DNA of 55,850 nucleotides from Anaeramoeba ignava BMAN (Eukaryota; Protista; Anaeramoebae): assembly GCA_028826165.1 (NCBI GenBank), contig JAPDFW010000042.1:1-55850 (forward strand), in the 5' to 3' direction. How positions within the stretch are numbered: the first letter of the stretch is position 1; each line of letters begins with the position of its first letter. The notes beneath the pieces were generated by a model. That model worked only from the letters and a program-made list of their open reading frames with translations. It ran no database searches and was not told where the DNA came from. This document shows positions 20,820 through 33,006 of this stretch, in pieces. A program made the position numbers and the translations under genes.

Positions 20820-23502
20820 ATGAAAAAAATTCTTTTCTTTTTCTTAATTTTAAATACTTTGTTAACTCAATCAATTCAAACTGATCAAAAACCAATTTTA
20901 ACAGAAATAGAAACATTAACAGAAACAACAAGATATTATTCTACTCCAGATGAAGCTTGGTTTTGGAATTTTATAAGTAATTTTACACTTTGGGGCAACT
21001 TTGGATGGAGTGTTTCAGTTTATGGCAACTTTTTTGTAGGGGGAGCTTATGATGCAAGAAGAGCATTTTTTTTCAGATATAATGGATCAAATTGGAATCA
21101 AGAACAAATTTTCTATGAGCCATCATTTCCAGGTTTTGGATATTCTGTTTCAGTTTATGAAGATGTTATTGTTATTGGTGCTTATGGTTCCAAAGGTGCA
21201 TTTGTTTACAGATATAATGGAGCAATTTGGAATGAAGAACAAATTTTGAATGAATCAATTCCATATTTTGGATATTCTGTTTCAGTTTATGAAGATGTTA
21301 TTGTTATTGGAACTAATGGTGCAAAACAAGCATTTATTTACAGATATAATGGATCAATTTGGAATCTAGAAGAGCATTTCAATAAACCTTCTGTTTCGTA
21401 CTTTGGTTATTCTGTTTCAATTTATGGAAATGTTACTGTTATTGGAACTTATGATGCAAATCAAGTATTTATTTACAGATATAATGGATCAATTTGGAAT
21501 CAAGAAGAAATTTTGAATAAATCCGATTTAAGATTTGGATCTTCTGTTTCAGTTTATGAAGATGTTATTGTTGTTGGAGCTTATGGTGCAAAACAAGCAT
21601 TTATTTACAGATATAATGGATCAATTTGGAATCTAGAACAAATTTTGGATGAACCTTCTGTTTCAAGTTTTGGATATTCTGTTTCAATTTATGAAGATGT
21701 TATTGTTGTTGGAGCTTATTATTCAAATCAAACATTTATTTACAGATATAATGGATCAATTTGGAATCTAGAAGAGCATTTCAATAAACCTTCTGTTTCG
21801 TACTTTGGTTATTCTGTTTCAATTTATAGTAATGTTACTGTTATTGGAGCTTCTGATGCAAATCAAGTATTTGTTTATGAAGCTGATTTAATTCCTCAAG
21901 TTAATATTGTTAATTGTTCATCTTTATTTTCATCATTTGATTGTTATTGGGATAAAATTGAATTTTTCAGAACTTTGAAATATCAAATTAATTATGGATA
22001 TGATTGGATTGATATTGAATCTCCAATTCTTGAAGATGAGAATGTTTATTATCAACAATTTAATTCTTCAAATTTATGTTAATATTACTGGAAATGAATA
22101 TTATTCAATTAAAATTCATGCTTGTGATGTATCTACAATGAAATGTGGTGAATCTTCTTCTTTCATTAATTTAACAACAAAAATTGATTCTGTAAAAGAT
22201 TTCCAATTATTCAATCCTTCAAATTATTCAATTAATGTTACATGGAATTATCCAAATGTTCAAATCAATGAAGGAATTGCTCATCTTGATCATTATAATC
22301 TTTCTTATCTCAATCAATCTGAACCTGATTTAATATCTTTCATTTCAGTTGATAATTCTTCACTTGATTATTTTTTGAATAATTTAGAATCTGAAAATGA
22401 TTATAATATTTCAATTTGTGGATGTAGAACACAAGAATGTGAAGAAGATGATAAAGGAGAAATTGTTGAATCATCAATTTCATTATTTTTTGGAGAAGTT
22501 ACAAATTTAACATGTTCAATTTCATATTCATTAGATATTAATTGTAATTGGAATCAACCAATTAATTGTTCAATTCCATTTTATTATAATTTTACTTATC
22601 AATCAATTTCTCAAAATGATTCAGGAAATTATCAACCAACATCATCAAATCAACAATTTACAGCTCAATTTCCAAATCAAGAATATCAAATCAATATTTC
22701 AGCATGTAATTCAAATGGAAAATGTGGAGATATTTCATCGATTTCAATTACAACTGATAATTTACCAACAGCTCCAACAATTTATGAAACAATTTCCAAA
22801 ATTGAAGAAATTGAATTTAATTTCACAAAATTAACAAATGCAAATAATTATTCAATTTCACTTGATAATGGAACAAATTGGGAAAAATTCACATCTCTTG
22901 ATTTAAGTGGAAATGAAGTAATTGGAATAATAAATGGAATATCAGGAAATATTGAATATAATATTTCAATTCGAGGATGTTCAGATTTGAATTGTGAAAC
23001 ACCATATTTAGGATTACCTAGTTCAATTATTTCAACAAGAGCTAAATTAGGAAATATTACTTCATTAAATTGTAATTCATTAATTAATGGATTTGTTTGT
23101 GATTGGGATTCATTAATTTTATCAAATGGATTAAAAGGATATTCATTTAATTACAATTCAATATCAATTTGTTTATCAACTTTAACAACAAATTATTCAG
23201 TTCTAGGATTAAAAGGAGGAGAATATTATGAAATTTCAGTTTATTCATCAGCTGATTCAAATTGTTTATTTAATGAATATTCAGGAATTAATTCAACAAC
23301 ATCAATTACAATATTATCAACAAATGAATCTAATAATAATTCAAACACAACAGCAATAACTTTAGGTATAATTATTCCTCTTATTATTTTAGGAATTATT
23401 GTTGGAGTTATTTTCTATAAAAAGAAAAAAAGAAAAAAACAATCAAAATCACAAGAAGAAAACAAAAAGGAAAAAGAACTTCAAAATAATTTGGATATTT
23501 AA
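20820..23502 (+). CDS. Type I membrane protein: signal peptide, 7 FG-GAP-like repeats, about 5 FN3-like domains, TM, basic tail (frameshift near 22071)
   Basis: Signal peptide MKKILFFFLILNTLL. Seven FG(Y/W/S)SVS.Y...V.GA repeats of about 45 aa. FN3-like W...Y...Y.I.I.AC patterns. TM ITLGIIIPLIILGIIVGVIFY followed by KKKKRKK. Removing one A joins the two ORFs. Confidence 0.82.
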
Positions 23503-23504
23503 TC

Positions 23505-23900
23505 CAATTTCAAATTCAAAATCAAAATCAAAATCAAAATTAAAATTCAAATTAATATCTAAATCTAAATCTAAATCTAAATCAAAATCTAAATTAAAAT
23601 CAAAATCAAAATCAAAATCAAAATCAAAATCAAAATCAAAATCAAAATCAAAATCAAAATCAAAATCAAAATCAAATTCAAAATTAAAATCAAAATCAAT
23701 TTCAAATTCAAATTCAAAATCAATTTCAAAATCAAAATCAAAATCAAAATCAAAATCAATTTCAAAATCAAATTCAAAATTAAAATTAAAATCAAAATCA
23801 ATTTCAAATTCAAATTCAAATTCAAAATCAAAATCAAAATCAAAATCAAAATCAAAATTAAAATTAAAATCAAAATCAAAATTAAAATTAAAATTCAAAT
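23505..23900 (+). repeat. (AAAATC)n-type microsatellite; also 32040-32700
   Basis: Hexamer periodicity. Confidence 0.95.
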
Positions 23901-23967
23901 TTTCTTTTTTTTTTCATTTTTCATTTTTCATTTTTCATTTTTCATTTCAAACAAAAAAAACCAAAAA

Positions 23968-26900
23968 ATGAAGCAGTTTTTTTTTCCAATTTTAATTTTA
24001 ACATTTCTTTTAATTTCGATTGAAACAACATCACATTTACAATTTTACAATTCACATTTAAAAACAGAAGGAAAAGGAACAAAACAAATAAAGAATGTAG
24101 TAACAAAAACATTCACACAAAAACTAGATCATTTTGATTTACAAAGTCAAGTGAACTTTACACAAAGATATTATGAAAACACTGCATATTTTAATGCAAA
24201 TGATCCCAAAGTGTTTATTTATATTGGTGGAGAAGGTGAACTTTTTCCTGATGATATTGATACTGGTGAAGTTGTAGATCTTGCTCAAAAACATCAAGCT
24301 TTACTTCTTTCTCTCGAACATCGTTATTATGGGTATTTATTACAATTTAAAATTAAAATTAAAATTAAAATTAAAATCAAAATTAAAATTCAAATTAAAA
24401 TTAAAATCAAAATTAAAATTAAAATTAAAATTAAAATTTAAAATTTAAAATTAAATTCAAATTAAAATCAAAATCAAAATCAAAATTATAATCAAAATTA
24501 AAATTAAAATTAAAATTAAAATTAAAATTAAAATTAAAATTAAAATTAAAATTAAAATTAAAATTTAAAATTAAAATTAAAATCAAAATTAAAATTCAAA
24601 ATTAAAATTAAAATTAAAATTAAAATTAAAATTAAAATTAAAATTAAAATTAAAATTAAAATTAAAATTAAAATTAAAATTAAAATTAAAAATTAAAATC
24701 AAAATTAAAATTAAAATTAAAATTAAAATTAAAATTAAAATTAAAATTAAAATTAAAATCAAAATTAAAATTAAAATTGAAATTAAAATTAAAATTTAAA
24801 ATTAAAATTAAAACCAAAATTAAAATCAAAATTAAAATTAAAATTAAAACAAAAATTATAATTAAAATTAAAATCAAAATCATAATTAAAATTAAAATTA
24901 AAATTAAAATTTAAAATTCAAAATTAAAATTAAAATTAAAAATTAAAATCAAAATTAAAAATTAAAATTAAAATTAAAATTAAAATTAAAATTAAAATTA
25001 AAATTAAAATCAAAATTAAAATTATAATAAAAATTAAAATTAAAATTAAAATTAAAAATTAAAATTAAAATTAAAATCAAAATCAAAATTATAATTAAAA
25101 TTAAAATTAAAATCAAAATTAAAATTATAATTAAAATTAAAATTAAAATCAAAATTAAAATTAAAATTAAAATTAAAATTAAAATTAAAATTAAAATTAT
25201 AATTATAATTAAAATTATAATTAAAATTAAAATTAAAATTATAATTAAAATTAAAATTAAAATTAAAATCAAAATCATAATTAAAATTAAAATTAAAATT
25301 AAAATAAAAATTAAAATTAAAATTTAAAATTAAAATTAAAATTAAAATTAAAATCAAAATTAAAATTAAAATTAAAATTATAATTAAAATTATAATTAAA
25401 ATTCAAATCAAAATTAAAATTAAAATTAAATTAAAATTCAAATCAAAATCAAAATCAAAATTAAAATAAACTAGAGAAAGTATTCCTTTTAAAAATGAGA
25501 CTTTAGAAAATTTACAATATTTATCAAGTCAACAAGCATTAGAAGATCTTGCATATTTTATTACAAAATATTCAACAGAAATCAATCCAGCTGTTGAAAA
25601 TGCAAAATGGATTTCTGTTGGTGGTTCTTATGCTGGTGCTTTATCTTCTTGGTTGAGACTTAAATTCCCTCATCTCGTTGTTGGTTCTCTTGCTTCAAGT
25701 GGTCCTGTTTTTGCTAAAGAAGATTTTTATGAATATGACCAAATTGTTGCTGGTTTGTTCTCTTTGATACTCTTTTTTTTCTTTTTATTCTTGATTTTAG
25801 CAATCAAAATCAAAATCAAATTCAAATCAAAATCAAAATCAAAATTAAAATCAAAATTAAAATCAAATCAAATCAAATCAAAATCAAATTCAAAATCAAA
25901 TTCAATCAAATTCAAATGAAATCAAATTCAAAACCAAAATTAAATTCAAATCAAAATCAAATCAAATCAAAATCAAATTCAAAATCAAAATTAAATTCAA
26001 ATTCAAATGAAATCAAATTCAAATGAATTCAAAATCAAATTCAAATTAAATCAAATTAAACCAAAATTAAATTTAAAATTAAAATCAAAATTAAATTCAA
26101 AATTAAATTCAAATCAAATCAAAATCAAATTCAAATCCAAATTAAAATCAAATTCAAAATCAAATTCAAAATCAAAATCAAATCAAATCAAAATCAAATT
26201 AAAATCAAATTCAAAATAAAAATCAAATTCAAATTAAAAATCAAATTCAAAATCAAATTCAAAATCAAATTCAAAATCAAAATCAAAATCAAAATCAAAT
26301 TCAAAATCAAAATCAAAATCAAATCAAATTAAATCAAAATCAAATCAAATTCAAAATCAAAATCAAATCAAATTCAAAATCAAATTAAATTAAATTAAAT
26401 TTAAATTCAAATTCAAATTAAAATTCAAATCAAAATCAAAATCAAATTTTCTTTTAATTTTTTTTAGCAAGTGCTGGAGTTGATTGTGCTAATGCAATAA
26501 GAAATGTTACAGCAGAGATTGCTATTCAATTAAATATTAGTGAAAGCATTAAAGATCAATTTAACTGTTCAGATATTCCCAACAATGTTTCATTTTTCTA
26601 TATTTTAGCAGATACAACAGCATTTTCTATTCAAGTTATTTTCAATTTTTTTTTAAATTTAAATTCAATTTAAAATCAAAAATCAATTTAAAATTAAAAT
26701 CAAAATCAAAATTCAAATTGAAAAATTAAATAGTACACAAATCAACAAAATCAACTTAAAGAAAAATTATGTGAAATTGTGAATGCTGATGATAAAATTG
26801 GATATTATGCAAATCATACAAAATATATATTCAATTACACTAATACAACATCTGTTCAATGGGATATGCTTCAAAATTCATTATCAATTCAAGCTTCTCC

Positions 26901-29900
26901 AGATTATGCTTCTAGATTATGGCTTTATCAATGGTGAATATTCAACTAAACTTAATTTATATATATTTGAATCAAAGAAAAACAAAATTTCAAATTAATT
27001 TTAAATTCAAAACAAAATTAATTCAAAACAAATTTTAAATTGAAATCAAATTTATGAAAACAAAATTAAATTCAAAATCAATTTTAAATTCAAAACAAAT
27101 TTAAATTCAAAACAATTTTAAATTCAAAACAAAATTAATTCAAAACAATTTTAAATTCAAAACAAATTTAAATTCAAAACAAATTTAATTCAAAACAAAT
27201 TTAATTCAAAACAAATTTAAATTCAAAACAAATTTTAAATTGAAATCAAATTTAATTCAAAACAAATTTAAATTCAAAACAAATTTAAATTCAAAACAAA
27301 ATTAATTCAAAACAAATTTAAATTCAAAACAAATTTAAATTCAAAACAATTTTAAATTCAAAACAAATTTAAACTCAAAACAAATTTAAATTCAAATTCA
27401 AAATCAAAATTAAAATCAAAACAAATTTAAATTCAAAACAATTTTAAATTCAAAACAAATTTAATTCAAAACAAATTTATGAAAACAAAATTTAAATTCA
27501 AAACAAATTTAAATCGAAAACAAATTTAAATTCAAAACAAATTTATGAAAACAAATTTAAATTTAAATTCAAATTTAAATTCAAAACAAATTTAAATTCA
27601 AAACAAATTTAAATTGAAAAAAAATTTAAATTCAAAACAATTTTAAATTCAAAACATTTTGAATGTATTTTTCTATTGATATTTTTAAGTTGTCAAGAAT
27701 TTGGATGGTGGCAAACTGCTCCTGCTAAAGATCCTTTACGTTCACCTTTAATTAATCTTCAATATCATCGTTTGGTTTGTGAAACAGCATTTCAAAAGAC
27801 GATGATTCCTGATTGCAATTTTACTAATGAATACTGTAATTTATTTTCAAATCAACAAAAAGTATTTTAATTTAGATTTAAATTTCAATTTGTTTTTCTT
27901 CTTTGTTTGGTAATTAATTTAGATGGTGCAAAAAATCCTGGTTCTTCAAATGTAATTGTTCCTAATGGAAGTCTTGATCCTTGGCATGTGTAAGTTAATT
28001 TATTTTATATATTTAAATCAATATTTAAATCAAATATTTAAATCAAATATTTAAATTAAATATATTCAAATCAATATATTTAAATCAAATATTTAAATTA
28101 ATATATTTAAATCAATATATTTAAATCAATATATTTAAATCAATATATTTAAATCAATATATTTAAATCAATATTTAAATCAAATATTTAAATCAATTAT
28201 TTAAATCAATATATTTAAATCAAAATATTCAAATCAATATTTAAATCAATATTCAAATCAAATATTTTAAATCAAATATTTAAATCAATATTTAAATCAA
28301 TATATTTAAATATAGTTTAAATTAATATATTTAAATCAAATATTTAAAATTAATATATTTAAATCAAATATTTAAATTAATATATTTAAATCAAATATAT
28401 TTAAATTAATATATTTAAATCATATATTTAAATTAATATATTTAAATCATATATTTAAATTAATATATTTAAATCAAATATTTAAATTAATATTTAAATC
28501 ATATATTTTAAATCAAATATTTAAATCAAATATTTAAATCAAATATTTAAATCAATATATTTAAATCAATATATTTAAATCAATATTTAAATCAAATATT
28601 TAAATCAATTATTTTAAATCAATATATTTTAAATCAAAATATTCAAATCAATATTTAAATCAATATTCAAATCAAATATTTAAATCAAATATTTAAATCA
28701 AATATTTAAATCAAATATTTAAATCAATATTTAAATCAATATATTTTAAATATATGATTTAAATTAATATATTTAAATCAATATTTTTAAATCAAATATT
28801 TAAATCAAATATTTAAATTAATAAATTTAAATCAAATATTTAAATCAAATATTTAAATCAAATATTTAAATCAATATATTTAAATCAATATATTTTAAAT
28901 CATATATTTTAAATCAAATATTCAAATCATATATTTAAATCAATATATTTAAATCAATATATTTAAATAAAATATTTTAAATCAATATATTTTAAATCAA
29001 TATATTTAAATCAAATATTTAAATTAATATATTTTAAATCAATATTTTTAAATCAAATATTTAAATCAAATATTTAAATCAAATATTTAAATTAATATAT
29101 TTAAATTAATATATTTTAAATCAATATATTTAAATTAATATATTTAAATTAATATATTTAAATCAATATATTTAAATTAATATATTTAAATCAATATATT
29201 TTAAATCAAATATTCAAATAAAATATTTAAATAAAATATTTAAATTAATATATTTAAATCAAATATTCAAATCATATATTTAAATCAATATATTTAAATC
29301 AATAATATTTAAATCAATATATTTAAATCAATATTTAAATCAAATATTTAAATCAAATATTTAAATCAATATATTTAAATCAAATATTTAAATCAATATA
29401 TTTAAATCAATATATTTAAATCAATATATTTAAATTAAAATATTTAAATCATATATTTAAATTAATATATTTAAATCAAATATTTAAATTAATATATTTA
29501 AATCAAATATTTAAATCAATATATTTAAATTAATATATTTAAATCAATATTTTTAAATCAAATATTTAAATGAAAAAAGGTTATCAATTCTTCAAAATGA
29601 ATCACTAACATTAATAGCAAGATTAATTCAAGGAACATCACATTGTGCGGATTTATTTCCACCATCACCAACTGATCCAGAAGATCTCACATTAGCAAGA
29701 GAAGAAATAGCATTTTTCATCAACAGTTACATAAATCCTTGTCCAAATAACTGTTCAGGACATGGAGAATGTTCTTCTAATCTATGTTTCTGTGATAATG
29801 AATACACTGGAAATGATTGCAGTCAATTTATCAATCAATCAACTTCTGAATCTTCAAGCAATAAATGGAAAGATACTGGAATTACTTTCATTTTTCTGAC

Positions 29901-29991
29901 AATTGTTTTAGCTATTATTGTTATTGCTGGTTTTTTCTATTTCAAATCAAAAATGAAAAAAAGTTATGTTAAACTTGACACGAATGTTTGA
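23968..29991 (+). CDS. Peptidase family S28 (PRCP/DPP7/TSSP-like) with C-terminal EGF-like domain and TM; 7 exons
   Basis: Exons 23968-24332, 25475-25752, 26468-26634, 26734-26933, 27690-27835, 27923-27989, 29580-29991, all GT-AG and frame-consistent. Motifs [34 protein letters not shown] (Ser), [16 protein letters not shown] (Asp), SHCADL (His). Confidence 0.92.
24333..25474 (+). repeat. Intron composed of (AAAATT)n
   Basis: GT..AG boundaries around a hexamer array. Confidence 0.92.
26995..27656 (+). repeat. Intronic minisatellite, about 17-nt unit AAACAAATTTAAATTCA
   Basis: Tandem degenerate units. Confidence 0.9.
28005..29570 (+). repeat. Intronic minisatellite, 12-14-nt unit (TA)TATTTAAATCAA
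   Basis: Tandem degenerate units filling a 1.59-kb intron. Confidence 0.92.
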
Positions 29992-30005
29992 TTCAATTAA
30001 TTTCC

Positions 30006-30160
30006 ATTTTCAAATTTTCCAAATTTCAATTTCAAGTTTTAGGAAATTTTTTCGATTTGAAAATTGATTGATTTTCATTTTCAAATTTTCCAAATTTCAA
30101 TTTCAAATTTTAGGAAATTTTTTCGATTTGAAAATTGATTGATTTTCATTTCCAAATTTC
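30006..30160 (+). repeat. Tandem duplication of about 70 bp downstream of the S28 gene
   Basis: cattttcaaattttccaaatttcaatttcaa.ttttaggaaatttttt(t)cgatttgaaaattgattgatttt occurs twice, plus a partial third copy. Confidence 0.85.
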
Positions 30161-30416
30161 GAAAAATTTTTTCTTTCTTTTTTTTTTGATCTTCAAAAAA
30201 AAAGAAGATCGCAATTTTAATTGATTTTTTTCTTCTTCAAAATTAAATCAAAATTCAAAATTAAATTCTTTCTTGTTTTTTGAAAATTTTTTGAGTGACG
30301 ATTCAATGAAAAAAAAAATTGGAAATTTGAATTTAATCTCCTTTTTATTTTTTTTTCATTTTTTTTCATTTTTTTTTTCATTTTTTTCCTTTTTTTTTTT
30401 AAATTTTTCAAATAAA

Positions 30417-32017
30417 ATGGATTCAATTCAAGAAATACTTAAGACAGTAAAAATGAATAATTCGAATAAAATAAAGCAAGATTTAAAACAATTATTAAAG
30501 AAATATGAAGATTTTAGTTTATATTCAGCTCAACTTCGTAAAAAAATCAATTCAAATCAATTTAATTTAAAAAAATTTAATTTAATATAAAAATTTAATT
30601 TAATATAATTTACAGAAAAAAATGGGCAAGTTATTCCTTGTGTTGCTAGTGGTGGTCCTTTAAAAATTCATCATCAAGGTTCTACTTTACCTATTCCTGT
30701 TCAATTATTTTTTTCTCCAGATTATCCAAAAGTTTCTCCAGTTATTTATATTACAATTCCTCCTGTAAATTTAATTAAAATTAAAATCAAAATTCATTTA
30801 TAAAATCAAAATTAATTTATAAAATTAAAATTAAAATCAAAATTAAAATTAAAATTAAAATTAAAATTAAAATTAAAATTAAAATTAAAATTAAAATTAA
30901 AATTAAAATTAAAAATAGGATATGATTTTTGTTAGTAATGAACATGTTAGAGGTGATGGAAGAGTTCAAGTTCCATCATTAAAAAATTGGACAAATAATT
31001 CCAAACTAATAAATATTTTAAAAGAAATGGTGAAATTATTTTCAAAAACACCACCATTAAAATCAAAAGAATCAAAATCAGAATCAAATTTAAAATCAAA
31101 ATCAAAATCTAAATCTAAATCTAAATCTAAATCAAAATCAAAATCAAAATCAAAATCAAAAATCAAAACCAAAAAGACATATAAAAAAAGAAATTTCAGA
31201 AATTGTTTTTGATAAAAAACAAAATAAAAATCAATTTGAAAAGGAAATTCAAAGGGAAATTGAAAAGGGAAATTTAATTGATCTTGATAATTTAGATGAT
31301 ATTGAAGATTTAATAAATGAAAATGAAAATGAAAATAAAAATGAAAATCAAAATCAAAATCAAAATCAAAATTTAAATCAAAATTTAAATCAAAATCAAA
31401 ATCAAAATCAAAATCCAAACAAAAAAACAATTCCTAAATCAGTTTTAAAGAAAAAATTAAAGAAAAAGATTCTTAAAAATTTAAGTTCTATAGATCAAGA
31501 GATTAATAATTTAAACCGTGAATTAGGTGAATTGGAATCTAAAAAATTTTCTTTACAAAAAGAATTTAATACTATTTCAGAAAAATATGTATAATTTCAA
31601 TTTCAGTTTAAATTTCAATTTCCAAATTAAAATCGGAAAAAAAATTAACATTGAATTGAAAAATAAAATTAATAGGAAAAAAAATTAGAACAAGAAGAAA
31701 AAGCAAAGAAAGTAATAGCAAAAAATGAAAAAAGAATATCGCATTTAATAAAAAAAAAAGAAGAAGAAGAAGCAAATTTTAATATAGATGAAGCAACCAA
31801 ATCAAATGATATTCCATTTGAACAATTACAAGAATTACAAGCAAAACAACAAACAATTGAAGATACAATTTTTTTTCTTGATTATTTTTTAAAAAATGGG
31901 AAAATTGATTTTCAAGATTATTTAAAGCATTTGAGATCAATTTCTCGATCTTTATATTTAAAACAAATGCATGCAAAAAAAATCAAAAAATCAATAGTTG
32001 AAACACAATTAAATTAG
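30417..32017 (+). CDS. VPS23: ESCRT-I subunit Vps23/TSG101
   Basis: Exons 30417-30537, 30616-30764, 30919-31588 (1-nt frameshift near 31161 in a microsatellite), 31676-32017. UEV domain: PIPVQLFFSPDYPKVSPVIYI, HVRGDGRVQVPSLKNW, FSKTPPL. Coiled coil. Steadiness box TIEDTIFFLDYFLKNGKIDFQDYLKHLRSISR. Confidence 0.88.
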
Positions 32018-33006
32018 ATTAGATTTAAATCAAATTCAATTTAAATTTAAATTCAATTTCAAAATCAAAATCAAAATCAAAATCAAAATTTAAATCAAAA
32101 TCAAAATCAAAATTAAAATCAAATTAAAATCAAAATCAAATTCAATTTCAAAATCAATTCAAATTCAAAACCAAAATGAAAATGAATTAAATTCAAAATC
32201 AATTCAAATTCAAAACCAAAATGAAAATGAATTAAATTCAAAATCAAAATCAAAATCAAAATCAAAATCAAAATCAAAATCAATTTCAATTTCAAAATCA
32301 ATATCAATATCAAAATCAAAATCAAAATCAAAATCAGAATCAAATCAAAATCAAAATCAAAATCAAAATCAAAATCAAAATCAAAATCAAAATCAAAATC
32401 AAAATCAAAATCAAAATTAAATTCAAAATCAAAATTAAATTCAAAATCAAAATCAAAATCAAAATCAATTAAATTCAAATTCAAAATCAAAATCAAATTC
32501 AAATTCAAAATCAAATTCAAATTCAAAATCAAATTCAAAATCAAAATCAAAATCAAAATCAAAATTAATTTCAAAATCAATTAAATTCAAATTCAAATTA
32601 AATTCAAAATCAAAATCAAAATTAAAATCAAAATCAAAATCAAAATCAAAATTAAATTCAAAATTAAAATCAAAATAATTAAAATCAAATTTAAAATTAA
32701 AATCATAATTGAATTTAAATTAGATTTAGTTTTAATTTAAAAATTTCCTTTCTTTCTTTCTTTCTTTCTTTTCATTTTGTTTGTTTGAAAACAAAGATTT
32801 TCTTTTTTTCTTTTTTTCTTTTTAAATATAAAAAAAATTCACAAAATTATTTTTCATTTTTTTCTTTCTTTTTTCTTTTATTTTTGTTTATTTCTTTTTT
32901 CTTTTTTGCTTTCTCATTTCTTTTTAAATTTCTTTTTAAATTTCTTTTTAAATTTTAAAACAAAAAAAAAAATTAAAAAAAAAATAATTTTTTTTATAAA
33001 TATAAA

